Translations under genes and position numbers: made by a program
The notes under the pieces: generated by a model
The model's input: the letters and a program-made list of their open reading frames with translations, nothing else
What the model was told of the DNA's origin: nothing
Databases searched by the model: none
Shown: piece after piece, positions 9,389-18,081 of the stretch
How positions within the stretch are numbered: the first letter of the stretch is position 1
Layout: each line of letters starts with the position of its first letter
NCBI GenBank assembly: GCA_020353515.1
Contig: CP070695.1
Location: forward strand, 4,394,823 to 4,458,822
Length of the DNA stretch: 64,000 nt
Origin: Candidatus Heimdallarchaeota archaeon
Lineage (GTDB): Archaea; Asgardarchaeota; Heimdallarchaeia; Hodarchaeales; Hodarchaeaceae
Reading direction: 5' to 3'

Positions 9389-10600
9389 CTATTCTATCTT
9401 TAATGCCTGAGTTCCATGAAAAGGACAGTTGGAATCTTTCTCCAAGTCTTCATAGTAATATAGCTCAAGTCCTTCAAATTTCACAGATGATTCATTAGAT
9501 TTCATTATCGTTCGGTTGAACCACATATAGAAGTTATGTGGGAAATGATATAGACTGTGTTCTCCCCCTGTGAGAAGAATGTCCAAGCAGAATTTCGAAA
9601 GCAATATGGTTAAATTGTCTACATCCAATCCTAATCCAGGTTGGGCTAGTTGTTCTTGCAACGTTCGATCATAACTAATTTTTTGTTCAAGTTCGATTGT
9701 AGTTGGGATTGCTTTAGTCTGAATAGTTCCATTCTCATCTGGTTTAGAATAAATACAATGATAACAGAAATCCTCATTCCTGGGGTCAACCTTGAACATT
9801 AATCCCCCCTTGACTCCATCAAAGGTTCCTGCATAAATAACAGGGATATTTAACTGATTGGAATGGATAAAGTCATTAATAGCATAATTAACGTCATGTT
9901 CTCCTGAAACTGCGGCAATTAAGTCCATATCCAGAAGAATACTATTAAAAAAGTCAAAATCAGCTTTTGTGTGTAGATCAAATTTACGTTCAACGGTCTG
10001 TATTTTTACATCGGGGATTCTTGCTTTAATATAATCTTTCACTGCTAATGTCTTGAATCGACCAAGATTATCGAGATCACAGATATGCCTGATAATGTTA
10101 TGAGTCTCCAAATGGTCATCATCGATAAAGATAAATTCTTTCACACCTGATTTAGCAAGATATAATGCTAGTAATGCTCCTCCAGACCCCATACCTATAA
10201 TAGCAACCCTTTTCTTATTCAATACTCTTAAGGGAGCTTCTTTTTCATCTATACGCACAAAGAGTCGATTAAGATCAATGTACTCAATATCAACATCGAT
10301 ATTAGAATCTTTATTCTCTTCATTATGGTAAACATCGGCTTTTAGGGTTGAGAGATTCTCTTCTACCATGATATGAATATATGGATACTCAAGACTTTTC
10401 GCTGTAATGATAGGTTCTTCCATCGTGGTAGTTCCAGTCGTTAATAGTCCAATTGGATACGTACTTTTTGAAAATGAGACCCCTGTTAAGTGACATACAG
10501 TGAAATTGTCATAAATCCTTCCATAAAGTAAATAAGTTCTATTTTGAGTTTTTAAATTCTTAAATTCATTTTCAAATGTAGGATAAATGATAATTTTCAT
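9389..10600 (-). CDS. ThiF/MoeB/E1-like adenylyltransferase with ~115-aa N-terminal extension
   Basis: VAIIGMGSGG, IDDDHLETHNIIRH, GRFKT, Zn ligands CYHC...CPFH; the region before PGLG lacks Cys. Confidence 0.88.
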   Translation of the reverse strand: MKIIIYPTFENEFKNLKTQNRTYLLYGRIYDNFTVCHLTGVSFSKSTYPIGLLTTGTTTMEEPIITAKSLEYPYIHIMVEENLSTLKADVYHNEENKDSNIDVDIEYIDLNRLFVRIDEKEAPLRVLNKKRVAIIGMGSGGALLALYLAKSGVKEFIFIDDDHLETHNIIRHICDLDNLGRFKTLAVKDYIKARIPDVKIQTVERKFDLHTKADFDFFNSILLDMDLIAAVSGEHDVNYAINDFIHSNQLNIPVIYAGTFDGVKGGLMFKVDPRNEDFCYHCIYSKPDENGTIQTKAIPTTIELEQKISYDRTLQEQLAQPGLGLDVDNLTILLSKFCLDILLTGGEHSLYHFPHNFYMWFNRTIMKSNESSVKFEGLELYYYEDLEKDSNCPFHGTQALKIE

Positions 10601-10611
10601 TGTTTACACCA

Positions 10612-11529
10612 TTATTTTACCATTAATTTCCACAATGGTTCTTTCAATAAATTAGAGATCTTTTCTTCTAATGTTGCTTTGAGTAGCTCAAGAAAAGGAT
10701 TTATTAGTTCTTCTTCATAGAGGACATTTGCAGGATGTTTTTCGATTGTAAACCTTTGTGATAAGTCCTGTGAAGAAATATCAATATAAATTTGGTCTTC
10801 TGGGAATTCAGGAGGGAATGAAATAAGAATTAAGAGCTCTAGGGTTTTTTTATGCTCCTCCGTTTCGATAACAACGTCATATGGAAAAGATAATATCGCT
10901 TCATTCGGTGTAGAGAAGAAATGATGAATATCTTCGATTTTAAATTTTGATTCAAAAACTTGGATTAATTCTCGTTTTATGGGGGACAGCTGTTCTTTAG
11001 TGATTCCCACATCTTCTGAATAATAAGATATATTACTCTCAGCTATCCTGAAAGTTTGAAAAGTGTTTTCAGTTCCTTCTTCATTTTTCTCTCTTCGATA
11101 CACTTCTGCAATCACTGTATGAGTATCTTCTATAGGTAAATCGATGATCAATGATACCACAGTATTTTTATGAGGATTAAGGGTAAAAAACTCTCTTATT
11201 TGTTGATGATCCCCGTAACTTGGTCCCCCGTAACCAAGATGTTTATGCCAATTCCCCAAATATAGTAACTTCTCTGTATCAAGAATTAATCTTGCATATT
11301 CAGGATTTATTTCAAAATAGGTATTATTCCTAATAGACTCTTCAACGGATGGGATATAGGTTTTTACAATCTTTATTAGTAATCCTGATTCATTATCATA
11401 AATCTTCCCAAACATCATTCCCCCTGTTTCTTTTCCATGCCATTTGGTGGATTCTTCTATCATTTCATTGAACACACTACGATTTAGTTCAACAAAAATG
11501 GTCTCAGCTTGATTCTCCAACAATGACAA
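10612..11529 (-). CDS. JAB/MPN+ (JAMM) metalloprotease fused to C-terminal UBC/RWD-like domain
   Basis: ETGGMMFG and YLGNWHKHLGYGGPSYGD (E...HxH...SxxD); C-term LLILISFPPEFPED resembles the UBC/RWD FPxxYP motif. Start re-placed at TTG 11529 after the purine-rich AGGAAGAGGG; the track start 11625 overlaps the upstream peptide ORF. Confidence 0.8.
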   Translation of the reverse strand: MSLLENQAETIFVELNRSVFNEMIEESTKWHGKETGGMMFGKIYDNESGLLIKIVKTYIPSVEESIRNNTYFEINPEYARLILDTEKLLYLGNWHKHLGYGGPSYGDHQQIREFFTLNPHKNTVVSLIIDLPIEDTHTVIAEVYRREKNEEGTENTFQTFRIAESNISYYSEDVGITKEQLSPIKRELIQVFESKFKIEDIHHFFSTPNEAILSFPYDVVIETEEHKKTLELLILISFPPEFPEDQIYIDISSQDLSQRFTIEKHPANVLYEEELINPFLELLKATLEEKISNLLKEPLWKLMVK

Positions 11530-11578
11530 GACCCTCTTCCTTCTAGTTATAACTGAAAAGGAAAAATTAATAGGGAGA

Positions 11579-11680
11579 TTAGTAATGTTTGGATATTGGA
11601 ACGGTATCTTTGTTCTCTTCGGCATCTTCAGTTGCTTTTTCTTTTGATTCTGTGTCTACTCTTTTTACTGGTCGGGGCAA
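11579..11680 (-). CDS. Unannotated 33-aa peptide MPRPVKRVDTESKEKATEDAEENKDTVPISKHY, first gene of the JAB-E1-E2-E2 operon
   Basis: Perfect AGGAGG (11694-11689) 8 nt before TTG 11680, TAA at 11581-11579, TATA-like element about 45 nt upstream. Confidence 0.7.
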   Translation of the reverse strand: MPRPVKRVDTESKEKATEDAEENKDTVPISKHY

Positions 11681-11721
11681 CGATTTAACCTCCTAAAAAC
11701 TACAATTAAGGGGAAAAAACC

Positions 11722-11738
11722 AATATTTATTAATCTTT
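11722..11738 (-). promoter_or_regulatory. Putative archaeal BRE/TATA promoter of the peptide-JAB-E1-E2-E2 operon
   Basis: Minus strand reads AAAGATTAATAAATATT, about 30 nt upstream of the AGGAGG RBS. Confidence 0.4.
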
Positions 11739-11852
11739 AGTTATGAGAAAGCTAAAATCTGTTGATTAGATTCTCCTTCCAATAGTGTTCTCAACTCTAA
11801 AAGATCCGTTATGATGTACTTTTTAGAGCTGAATTAATTTTCGATTTCTATC

Positions 11853-12719
11853 ATGAAGCCTAAAATATGTATTGTTACAGGAGCCAATCGGGGAATTGGT
11901 AAGGGGATTGCTAAGGCTATCGCTAAACAAGGACATCAAGTTGTCTTAGTCTGTAGAAACGCCATAATGGGAGATAAGGTTGTGAAATCGCTCCAACAAT
12001 CCTTTGGGGAAACATCTGCAGAACTAGTTGAAGGTAATCTTTCTTCAATCAAAAAGGTTAAAGCTGTGGGGGATAAATTATTAAGTAAATATGAACAGAT
12101 TAATGTTCTGATTCATAATGCAGGAGTATGGCCCTCCAAATTGAACAAAACTGAAAAGGGAATTGAGTGTGCATTCATGGTAAATCATCTTGCGCCCTTT
12201 TATTTAACCCACCAACTTCTTGGACGATTAATGGAGAGCGCTCCTTCACGAATTGTGCTTGTTAATGCAGGACTCTATTCACGAGGAACATTTAATCCAG
12301 AGTTAACCCCATGGGGAGGTGATTTCAGTAAATTAAAAACATATATGAATTCTAAACTCTGTGGAATGTTGTATATGCGAAAATTTGCACCAATGTTGGA
12401 AGGATCAGGGGTAATCATTAATGCAGTTCATCCAGGAGTGATTCGTACAGGACTGGGAGATTTCAGTGGCTTTGTGGGAATTTTACTAAAAATAACTAAG
12501 TTATTTCAACGATCAGTTAAATTTGGGGCGAGGGGGCCTACTAATCTTGCATCAAATTCTGAAATAACCACCAATGGAAGTTTTTATGATAAATTGGAAC
12601 GAAAAGACATTGGTTTAAAGGCCCTTGATGATGAATTAGCGGAAAAACTGTGGAATCTTAGTTTAGAGCTATGTGGTATAAGAGAGTATGGTGTTTATAA
12701 CGAGAATAAACTTCAATGA
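11853..12719 (+). CDS. Short-chain dehydrogenase/reductase (retinol-DH-like)
   Basis: TGANRGIG, HNAG, VNHLAPF, YMNSK (YxxxK), VHPGVIRT. Confidence 0.9.
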   Translation: MKPKICIVTGANRGIGKGIAKAIAKQGHQVVLVCRNAIMGDKVVKSLQQSFGETSAELVEGNLSSIKKVKAVGDKLLSKYEQINVLIHNAGVWPSKLNKTEKGIECAFMVNHLAPFYLTHQLLGRLMESAPSRIVLVNAGLYSRGTFNPELTPWGGDFSKLKTYMNSKLCGMLYMRKFAPMLEGSGVIINAVHPGVIRTGLGDFSGFVGILLKITKLFQRSVKFGARGPTNLASNSEITTNGSFYDKLERKDIGLKALDDELAEKLWNLSLELCGIREYGVYNENKLQ

Positions 12720-12742
12720 AAAAAAAGGTTGAGGTCAACAAT

Positions 12743-13732
12743 ATGGGTAAAGTCCTACTTTTATCGAAAACAGATGTTGAGTCTGTCCTCAATATGAGGG
12801 AAACTATTGCTGCAATGGAGACAGCATTTCAAGAATTTTCAGGTGGTTCAGCTATTCTTCCCCAGCGGATATTAATCCCAACTGAAGCTGGAATAAGTCT
12901 ATATATGCCTGCTTTTCTCCCTCAATCGGGATCACTTGCAGTTAAAATTGTCACTGTGTTTGAGCATAATCCTGTGAAATATGATTTACCTACAATCCTT
13001 GGGAAAGTCCTTTTACAAGATCCTAAAACGGGGGATGTTATATCAATTATGGATGGAAGTTATTTGACTGCAATGAGGACAGGTGCTGTTTCGGGGTGTG
13101 CAATAAAATACTTGGCAAAGAAAGATGTTCAGAGTGTAGGTCTTTTTGGAACAGGTGTACAAGGATCAACTCAATTGTGGGCAGCGTGTGTAGCTCGTCC
13201 AAGAGTTCAACTATGCAAGGTGTACGATGTTAGAAAGGATGTAGCGGAAGATTTCATACTGAAAATGAGTAAAAAACTTCAGATTCCAGACATAAAAGTT
13301 GTTAAATCGCCTGAGGAAGCAGTAAAGGGATCAGACATTGTTCTAACAGCTACAACCTCCCCTACTCCTGTATTCAGAGGAGAATGGCTTGAACCTGGAA
13401 CACATATATCTGCTATTGGTTCTTACACTCCAGAAACTCGAGAAATTGATACAAAGACAGTTCGAAAGGCAAAAGTAGTGTGTGATGAAATGAATGCATG
13501 CCTTGAGGAGGCAGGTGACCTTATTATTCCTATTAAGGAGGGCGATATTACAAAAAAGCATATTCATGCAGAGTTAGGAGAAATTGTTAGTGGAAAAAAG
13601 CCAGGAAGAGAAACAGAATCAGAAATCACTCTCTTTAAATCAGTGGGTCTAGCAATTCAAGATGCTGCTACCTCAAAATTAGTCTATGATAAAGCACGAG
13701 AGATGAAAAAGGGAATAGAAGTTGAAATTTAA
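12743..13732 (+). CDS. Ornithine cyclodeaminase/mu-crystallin family (archaeal alanine dehydrogenase-like)
   Basis: LTAMRTGAVS, GTGVQG, GTHISAIGS, ITLFKSVGLAIQD; start at MGKVLL after GAGG. Confidence 0.88.
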   Translation: MGKVLLLSKTDVESVLNMRETIAAMETAFQEFSGGSAILPQRILIPTEAGISLYMPAFLPQSGSLAVKIVTVFEHNPVKYDLPTILGKVLLQDPKTGDVISIMDGSYLTAMRTGAVSGCAIKYLAKKDVQSVGLFGTGVQGSTQLWAACVARPRVQLCKVYDVRKDVAEDFILKMSKKLQIPDIKVVKSPEEAVKGSDIVLTATTSPTPVFRGEWLEPGTHISAIGSYTPETREIDTKTVRKAKVVCDEMNACLEEAGDLIIPIKEGDITKKHIHAELGEIVSGKKPGRETESEITLFKSVGLAIQDAATSKLVYDKAREMKKGIEVEI

Positions 13733-15288
13733 AGTTCTTTGAGTTTTTCCTCAAGTAATTTAGACGTTTTGGTTACAGATAATCCTCCTAAAGCAGTACA
13801 TCTTAATTCATGTGGAATACTTCGACCTACCTTATCCATTGCTTCAATTACTTCTCCTAAAGGTATTACTACATCAAAATTAGCTAAAGCCATATTAGCA
13901 CATGCAAAAGCGTTGCTTGCTGCAAGTACATTTTTTCCTAAACAAGGCACTTCAACCCTATTTGCTACAGGATCACATACCATACCAAAAATGTTTTGCA
14001 ACGCCATTGATGCAGCATCTATCGCTTGCTGTGTATCCCCCTTCATTAAGGTTACAAGCCCTGCAGCAGCCATTCCTGATGCTGAACCGCATTCAGCCTG
14101 GCACCCTCCGATTTCAGCTGAAAAAGTTGATTGACTTGATATAAATATTCCTATAATACCCGCAGCAAGCATTGCTCTAGTGATTTCATTTAAATTTAAA
14201 TCCATTGCGGTAGCTGCACCTATCAAAGCACCAGGAACGGCTCCACAAGCCCCTGCAGTAGGAGCAGCGACTATCACTCCCATTGAACTCTTTGTCTCAA
14301 TCAATGCGGTAATGTATAGAATCATTTGGTTTAATATTCCTCCATCGAGTAACCTCTTTTTTTCCATTTGTGTTTTAAAAAACCCTGATTGGTACCCTAG
14401 AATTCTATCATCATAATCTGTCCCTTTAATTCCATCTGAGATGGATTTTTGCATAATCTTGATAGTTTCTTGCATTTGAGTGAAAACTTCATCAGCACTG
14501 AGATTGCCCCTGACGCTTTCATAATGAATAGCTAACTCCCACAGATCTAAATTCTTGTCCTCATTATATTTGAGCATTTCTTCGTATGTAATAAAAGGTA
14601 CCTTCATCTCTTTTCGAGAAAGCACTGGTAGAACAGGTTTTATTTCTTTTATCTCAATAATATTGAATTCAGTTATTAGATGATTGAGTATCTTTTCGCC
14701 CAAAGGTTTTTCTGATTTTACTTCAATAAAACAAGTATTATCTCCTTTACAGGTTAAAACTTTTTCAGTTGGTAATGTTTCTTGGAGATACTTCGAAACT
14801 TCCTCAACATTAGTGAAAACTATAGTTTCAAAATAATCCCCAGCCATAGACACTTTAACTTTATCAATCTCAACTACTTCTATCATACCACCACCTATGG
14901 AAATCGTAATCATTTCGTGAGTTTCATTGTCATTTTTTAGTGTTAACTTGTAAGTATTAGGATGTTTCATGTTCAAATCTCTAATTTCCATACTTATTTT
15001 GATACCTGCTTCTCTAATTGCTTTTGCAGAATCAATTAATCTCTCATCAAAGGCCTCCCAACCTAGAAAGCCTCCATATAGCCCCATATCGGATCCTTGA
15101 CTTTCGTGTGTTGTAGCTAGGGAACCTTTTGTATCAAATTCTATCGATACTTCTTGAATATTGCCTCCCATTAAGTCCCTTGCCATCTTACCTATCCTAA
15201 CAGAAGCTGCACAATGAGAACTCGATGGGCCTCTCATGATTGGACCAATGACATCATTAAAGATGCTAGGAAATTTCTTTATTCCCAT
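13729..15288 (-). CDS. sdaA: Fe-S L-serine dehydratase, fused beta+alpha subunits
   Basis: SIFNDVIGPIMRGPSSSHCA, HPNT, SIGGG (beta); APTAGACG, GGCQAECG, CDPVANRVEVPC, CTALGGL (alpha). Confidence 0.85.
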   Translation of the reverse strand: MGIKKFPSIFNDVIGPIMRGPSSSHCAASVRIGKMARDLMGGNIQEVSIEFDTKGSLATTHESQGSDMGLYGGFLGWEAFDERLIDSAKAIREAGIKISMEIRDLNMKHPNTYKLTLKNDNETHEMITISIGGGMIEVVEIDKVKVSMAGDYFETIVFTNVEEVSKYLQETLPTEKVLTCKGDNTCFIEVKSEKPLGEKILNHLITEFNIIEIKEIKPVLPVLSRKEMKVPFITYEEMLKYNEDKNLDLWELAIHYESVRGNLSADEVFTQMQETIKIMQKSISDGIKGTDYDDRILGYQSGFFKTQMEKKRLLDGGILNQMILYITALIETKSSMGVIVAAPTAGACGAVPGALIGAATAMDLNLNEITRAMLAAGIIGIFISSQSTFSAEIGGCQAECGSASGMAAAGLVTLMKGDTQQAIDAASMALQNIFGMVCDPVANRVEVPCLGKNVLAASNAFACANMALANFDVVIPLGEVIEAMDKVGRSIPHELRCTALGGLSVTKTSKLLEEKLKEL

Positions 15289-15508
15289 GAAATATTACCT
15301 TCCTGGCTTCAACCTTGCTTCAATACATTTATTATTAACAATTAAAGTCAATTGTAGATACTGGTGATACTATGACTCAGATTTCGATGGATACGTTTAA
15401 TGAAAAAATTTGAGGAGAAGTTGTACGATTAGTGAGAGATAGAAAAGTTCTTGGAATGTCCATTCTCATTACAAAATTTATTAATTTTATCTCTCAATCA
15501 TCTCAAGT

Positions 15509-16069
15509 TTAAAGATGACTGGTCTTATACCATTTGTTTGCGTATTTCTCTCGAAACTTTATTATTTTAGGAACAATTATAAGCTGACAATAAGGTTGAT
15601 CCGGGTTCCTTTTGAAATAATCTTGATGATATTCCTCTGCGGGGAAAAAATCTGTAAAAGCAGTAACTTCAGTGACAATTGGATCAGGCCAAATAGCGTC
15701 TTCTTCCAATTCATTGATAATTTTCTTTGCTTCCGCTTTCTGCTCCTTTGAATGATAAAAAATTACAGATCGGTATTGAGTCCCAATATCGTTGCCCTGA
15801 CGATTTAATTGCGTTGGATCATGAATGGTAAAGAAGATTTGCAGGATCTCTCTGAAAGAAATTAATCTTTGATTAAATTTGATCTGAACAACTTCAGCAT
15901 GGCCAGTAGTTCCCCTACAAACATCTTCATAGGTAGGATTAACTACTTTTCCTCCAGAATATCCCGATATAACCTTCTCTACTCCTTGAGTATCATCAAA
16001 TATTGCTTCTAGGCACCAAAAACATCCTCCTCCAAGAGTTGTGATTTTTGAATTAGTATGATCTGACAT
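15509..16069 (-). CDS. msrA: Peptide-methionine (S)-S-oxide reductase
   Basis: GGGCFWC, GHAEVVQ, RQGNDIGTQYRS, AEEYHQDY. Confidence 0.95.
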   Translation of the reverse strand: MSDHTNSKITTLGGGCFWCLEAIFDDTQGVEKVISGYSGGKVVNPTYEDVCRGTTGHAEVVQIKFNQRLISFREILQIFFTIHDPTQLNRQGNDIGTQYRSVIFYHSKEQKAEAKKIINELEEDAIWPDPIVTEVTAFTDFFPAEEYHQDYFKRNPDQPYCQLIIVPKIIKFREKYANKWYKTSHL

Positions 16070-16320
16070 TTAAACTCACTCAACACCTTAATTGCTTTAA
16101 GAAAGATAAATCTGAAATTTAATAAGAGTATATTTCATTGAAAACCGAAGAGAACAGTTTTCAAATCATCTATCAGAAGCTAAAAAAAACCAAGAAACCT
16201 GGACTTGTCCTTCTATTGAAGTAATTGACAAATAAATTAAAAAAATTAAATTGCCTGTTTAAACCAATTGTAAGATCCTGTACTAAACTAAAATATTTAC
16301 TATCATGAACTTGATTCCAA

Positions 16321-16896
16321 TTATGTTTCAGGAACTTGTAAACGTCCTCCTAGCTGGTAGTAATTAAAATCGCCTCCAGTTGCCCAGATTACTGGATCAA
16401 CTTTCCGTAAATCAAGCTTACCATTAGAAAAACATTCAGAATTAGCGTACGATTTAATAACTTTACCAATAATCCCCTCATTTGGATCATAATCAAGGAT
16501 TTCAGTAACCTCACACTCCATATTTAGAGGACAATTCTGAATCATTGGAGCAGTTTTTAATTCACCATAAAAAATATTAAACATCGTTGATTTATCGAAC
16601 TTCCTTCCAGATATGGTTCCACAGATGTTTGTTTCAACAAGAAGATCTACCGATGGAATATTTACGCTAAATGTTTTATTCTCATGGATACCTTCTCTAG
16701 AGAATCTTTTTTTGTACAAGCTGAAGAATATGTGGCGACCAAAATTAAAAGGAGATATATATCCAATGACAAGGAAATTAGGTTTTCCTCTAATTTGTGT
16801 TCCAACCAAAGCTACTGGTAATGGGTTTAACACCGTTCCCTTTACCTCTTGCTTTATCAAATCGTTTTCTGACATTTCCATTTCTCCTTGAAACAA
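16321..16896 (-). CDS. Flavin reductase-like (flavoredoxin) protein
   Basis: PLPVALVG, FSVNIPS, CGTISGR..DK, APMI..CPLNMEC; the true start may be a few codons downstream. Confidence 0.85.
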   Translation of the reverse strand: MFQGEMEMSENDLIKQEVKGTVLNPLPVALVGTQIRGKPNFLVIGYISPFNFGRHIFFSLYKKRFSREGIHENKTFSVNIPSVDLLVETNICGTISGRKFDKSTMFNIFYGELKTAPMIQNCPLNMECEVTEILDYDPNEGIIGKVIKSYANSECFSNGKLDLRKVDPVIWATGGDFNYYQLGGRLQVPET

Positions 16897-16991
16897 AATA
16901 ATTCTACAAGAATTTTAAAGGTGTTCTACCGGGTAAAGGTAGAGAAAGGTAGTATGATATAAAGGGGAAAAGGGAAAGGTATTGAAAATCT

Positions 16992-17957
16992 CTAATTTGG
17001 TTTGTAAGCCCGAATGTGTCCCTTCATGATTGTGGTACGCAAGCTTTCATACTCTTCAGGCGTTAACTCTACGTTAACCTCCTTTCCATAGGTTACGAGT
17101 TTTGCTTTAAATGCACCAGATTCAGTTTTTTTAGGTTGGTTTCTAGGGGTAATAATCTCAGACTCAACGAGTTCTACCTGTTTAAATCCTGCATCTTTTA
17201 TGACCCCTAAATATTCGTCTTTCACCCAAGCTCTTGACACACATCCAGGAACATCTGTAAAGGCCTCCTTAACCACATCGGGGAATTCTTGGTTAAGAAT
17301 AATATCCGAAATTACCAGCCGTCCACCTGGTTTTAATACACGATAAGCATCCTTGAAAACTTGAGCTTTATCTATTGAAAGATTTATCACGCAGTTTGAA
17401 ACAATAAGATCAACAGAATTATCAGCAACAGGCATGTGTTCTATTTCCCCTAAGCGGAACTCAACATTAAAGTATCCACCTTTCCTCGCGTTGGCTCGTG
17501 CCTTGTCAATCATCGGAGGCGTCATATCAATTCCAATAACTTTTCCCGTTTTGCCAACATGTCTCGAGGCTAGAAAACAATCAACTCCTGCACCAGACCC
17601 TAAGTCCACAACTGTCTCCCCAGGTTGAATATTAGCCAATTTAACAGGATTTCCAGATCCTAAACCAAGGTTTGATTCTTCAGGTATGCTTGACAGCTCC
17701 TCTCTAGAGTAATCTGTGTAACCCTCCTGATTACTTTGGATAGCTACTTGTGAGTCAGCTTGTTCGGATATACTAGGGAGGTCCATCTTCCCTGTAGCAA
17801 TTTCAGAATACTGTTTTCGGATATCTGATCTAATTTTTTCGGATTGAATCATATCCTGCTCTGATGTTGTGCTTTTCACCTCATCAGACCCAGACCCACA
17901 GCACGAATAACTCTGTCGGGGTTTCTCCTCGGGAGGAATAACTTTTTCTTCAGTCAT
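16992..17957 (-). CDS. arsM: Arsenite S-adenosylmethyltransferase
   Basis: NLGLGSGNP, VVDLGSGAGVDCF, GIDMTPPM, FRLGEIEHMPV, SNCVINLS, PGGRLVISD, GCVS; N-terminal CC. Confidence 0.85.
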   Translation of the reverse strand: MTEEKVIPPEEKPRQSYSCCGSGSDEVKSTTSEQDMIQSEKIRSDIRKQYSEIATGKMDLPSISEQADSQVAIQSNQEGYTDYSREELSSIPEESNLGLGSGNPVKLANIQPGETVVDLGSGAGVDCFLASRHVGKTGKVIGIDMTPPMIDKARANARKGGYFNVEFRLGEIEHMPVADNSVDLIVSNCVINLSIDKAQVFKDAYRVLKPGGRLVISDIILNQEFPDVVKEAFTDVPGCVSRAWVKDEYLGVIKDAGFKQVELVESEIITPRNQPKKTESGAFKAKLVTYGKEVNVELTPEEYESLRTTIMKGHIRAYKPN

Positions 17958-18003
17958 TATGTTTCATCTCAACATTTCTTCGCTCTTTTGAATATTTCTA
18001 ATA

Positions 18004-18027
18004 AATATTCCTTAGGAATATTCCTAA
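18004..18027. promoter_or_regulatory. Overlapping palindromic operator between divergent arsM and padR
   Basis: AATATTCCT-T-AGGAATATT (18004-18022) and perfect 16-bp TTAGGAATATTCCTAA (18012-18027). Confidence 0.65.
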
Positions 18028-18081
18028 TGGATAACATTTTTAAAGCTTACTAAGTAGGTAAAACTCGAATAAAGACAGTAA

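Noticed and set aside
11579-11590. Peptide C-terminus KHY as a proteasome-gating HbYX motif
   Set aside because: Tyr is the last residue rather than the penultimate one.
11530-11625. ORF-track N-terminal extension of the JAB gene (MPKRTKIPFQ...)
   Set aside because: It overlaps the RBS-supported 33-aa peptide in another frame and has no RBS of its own; TTG 11529 has a purine-rich RBS.
8524-11680. Reading the operon as CBASS, or as ThiS/MoaD sulfur transfer
   Set aside because: No CD-NTase, effector, beta-grasp sulfur carrier, rhodanese or thiamine/Moco genes nearby, and the E2s are separate genes.
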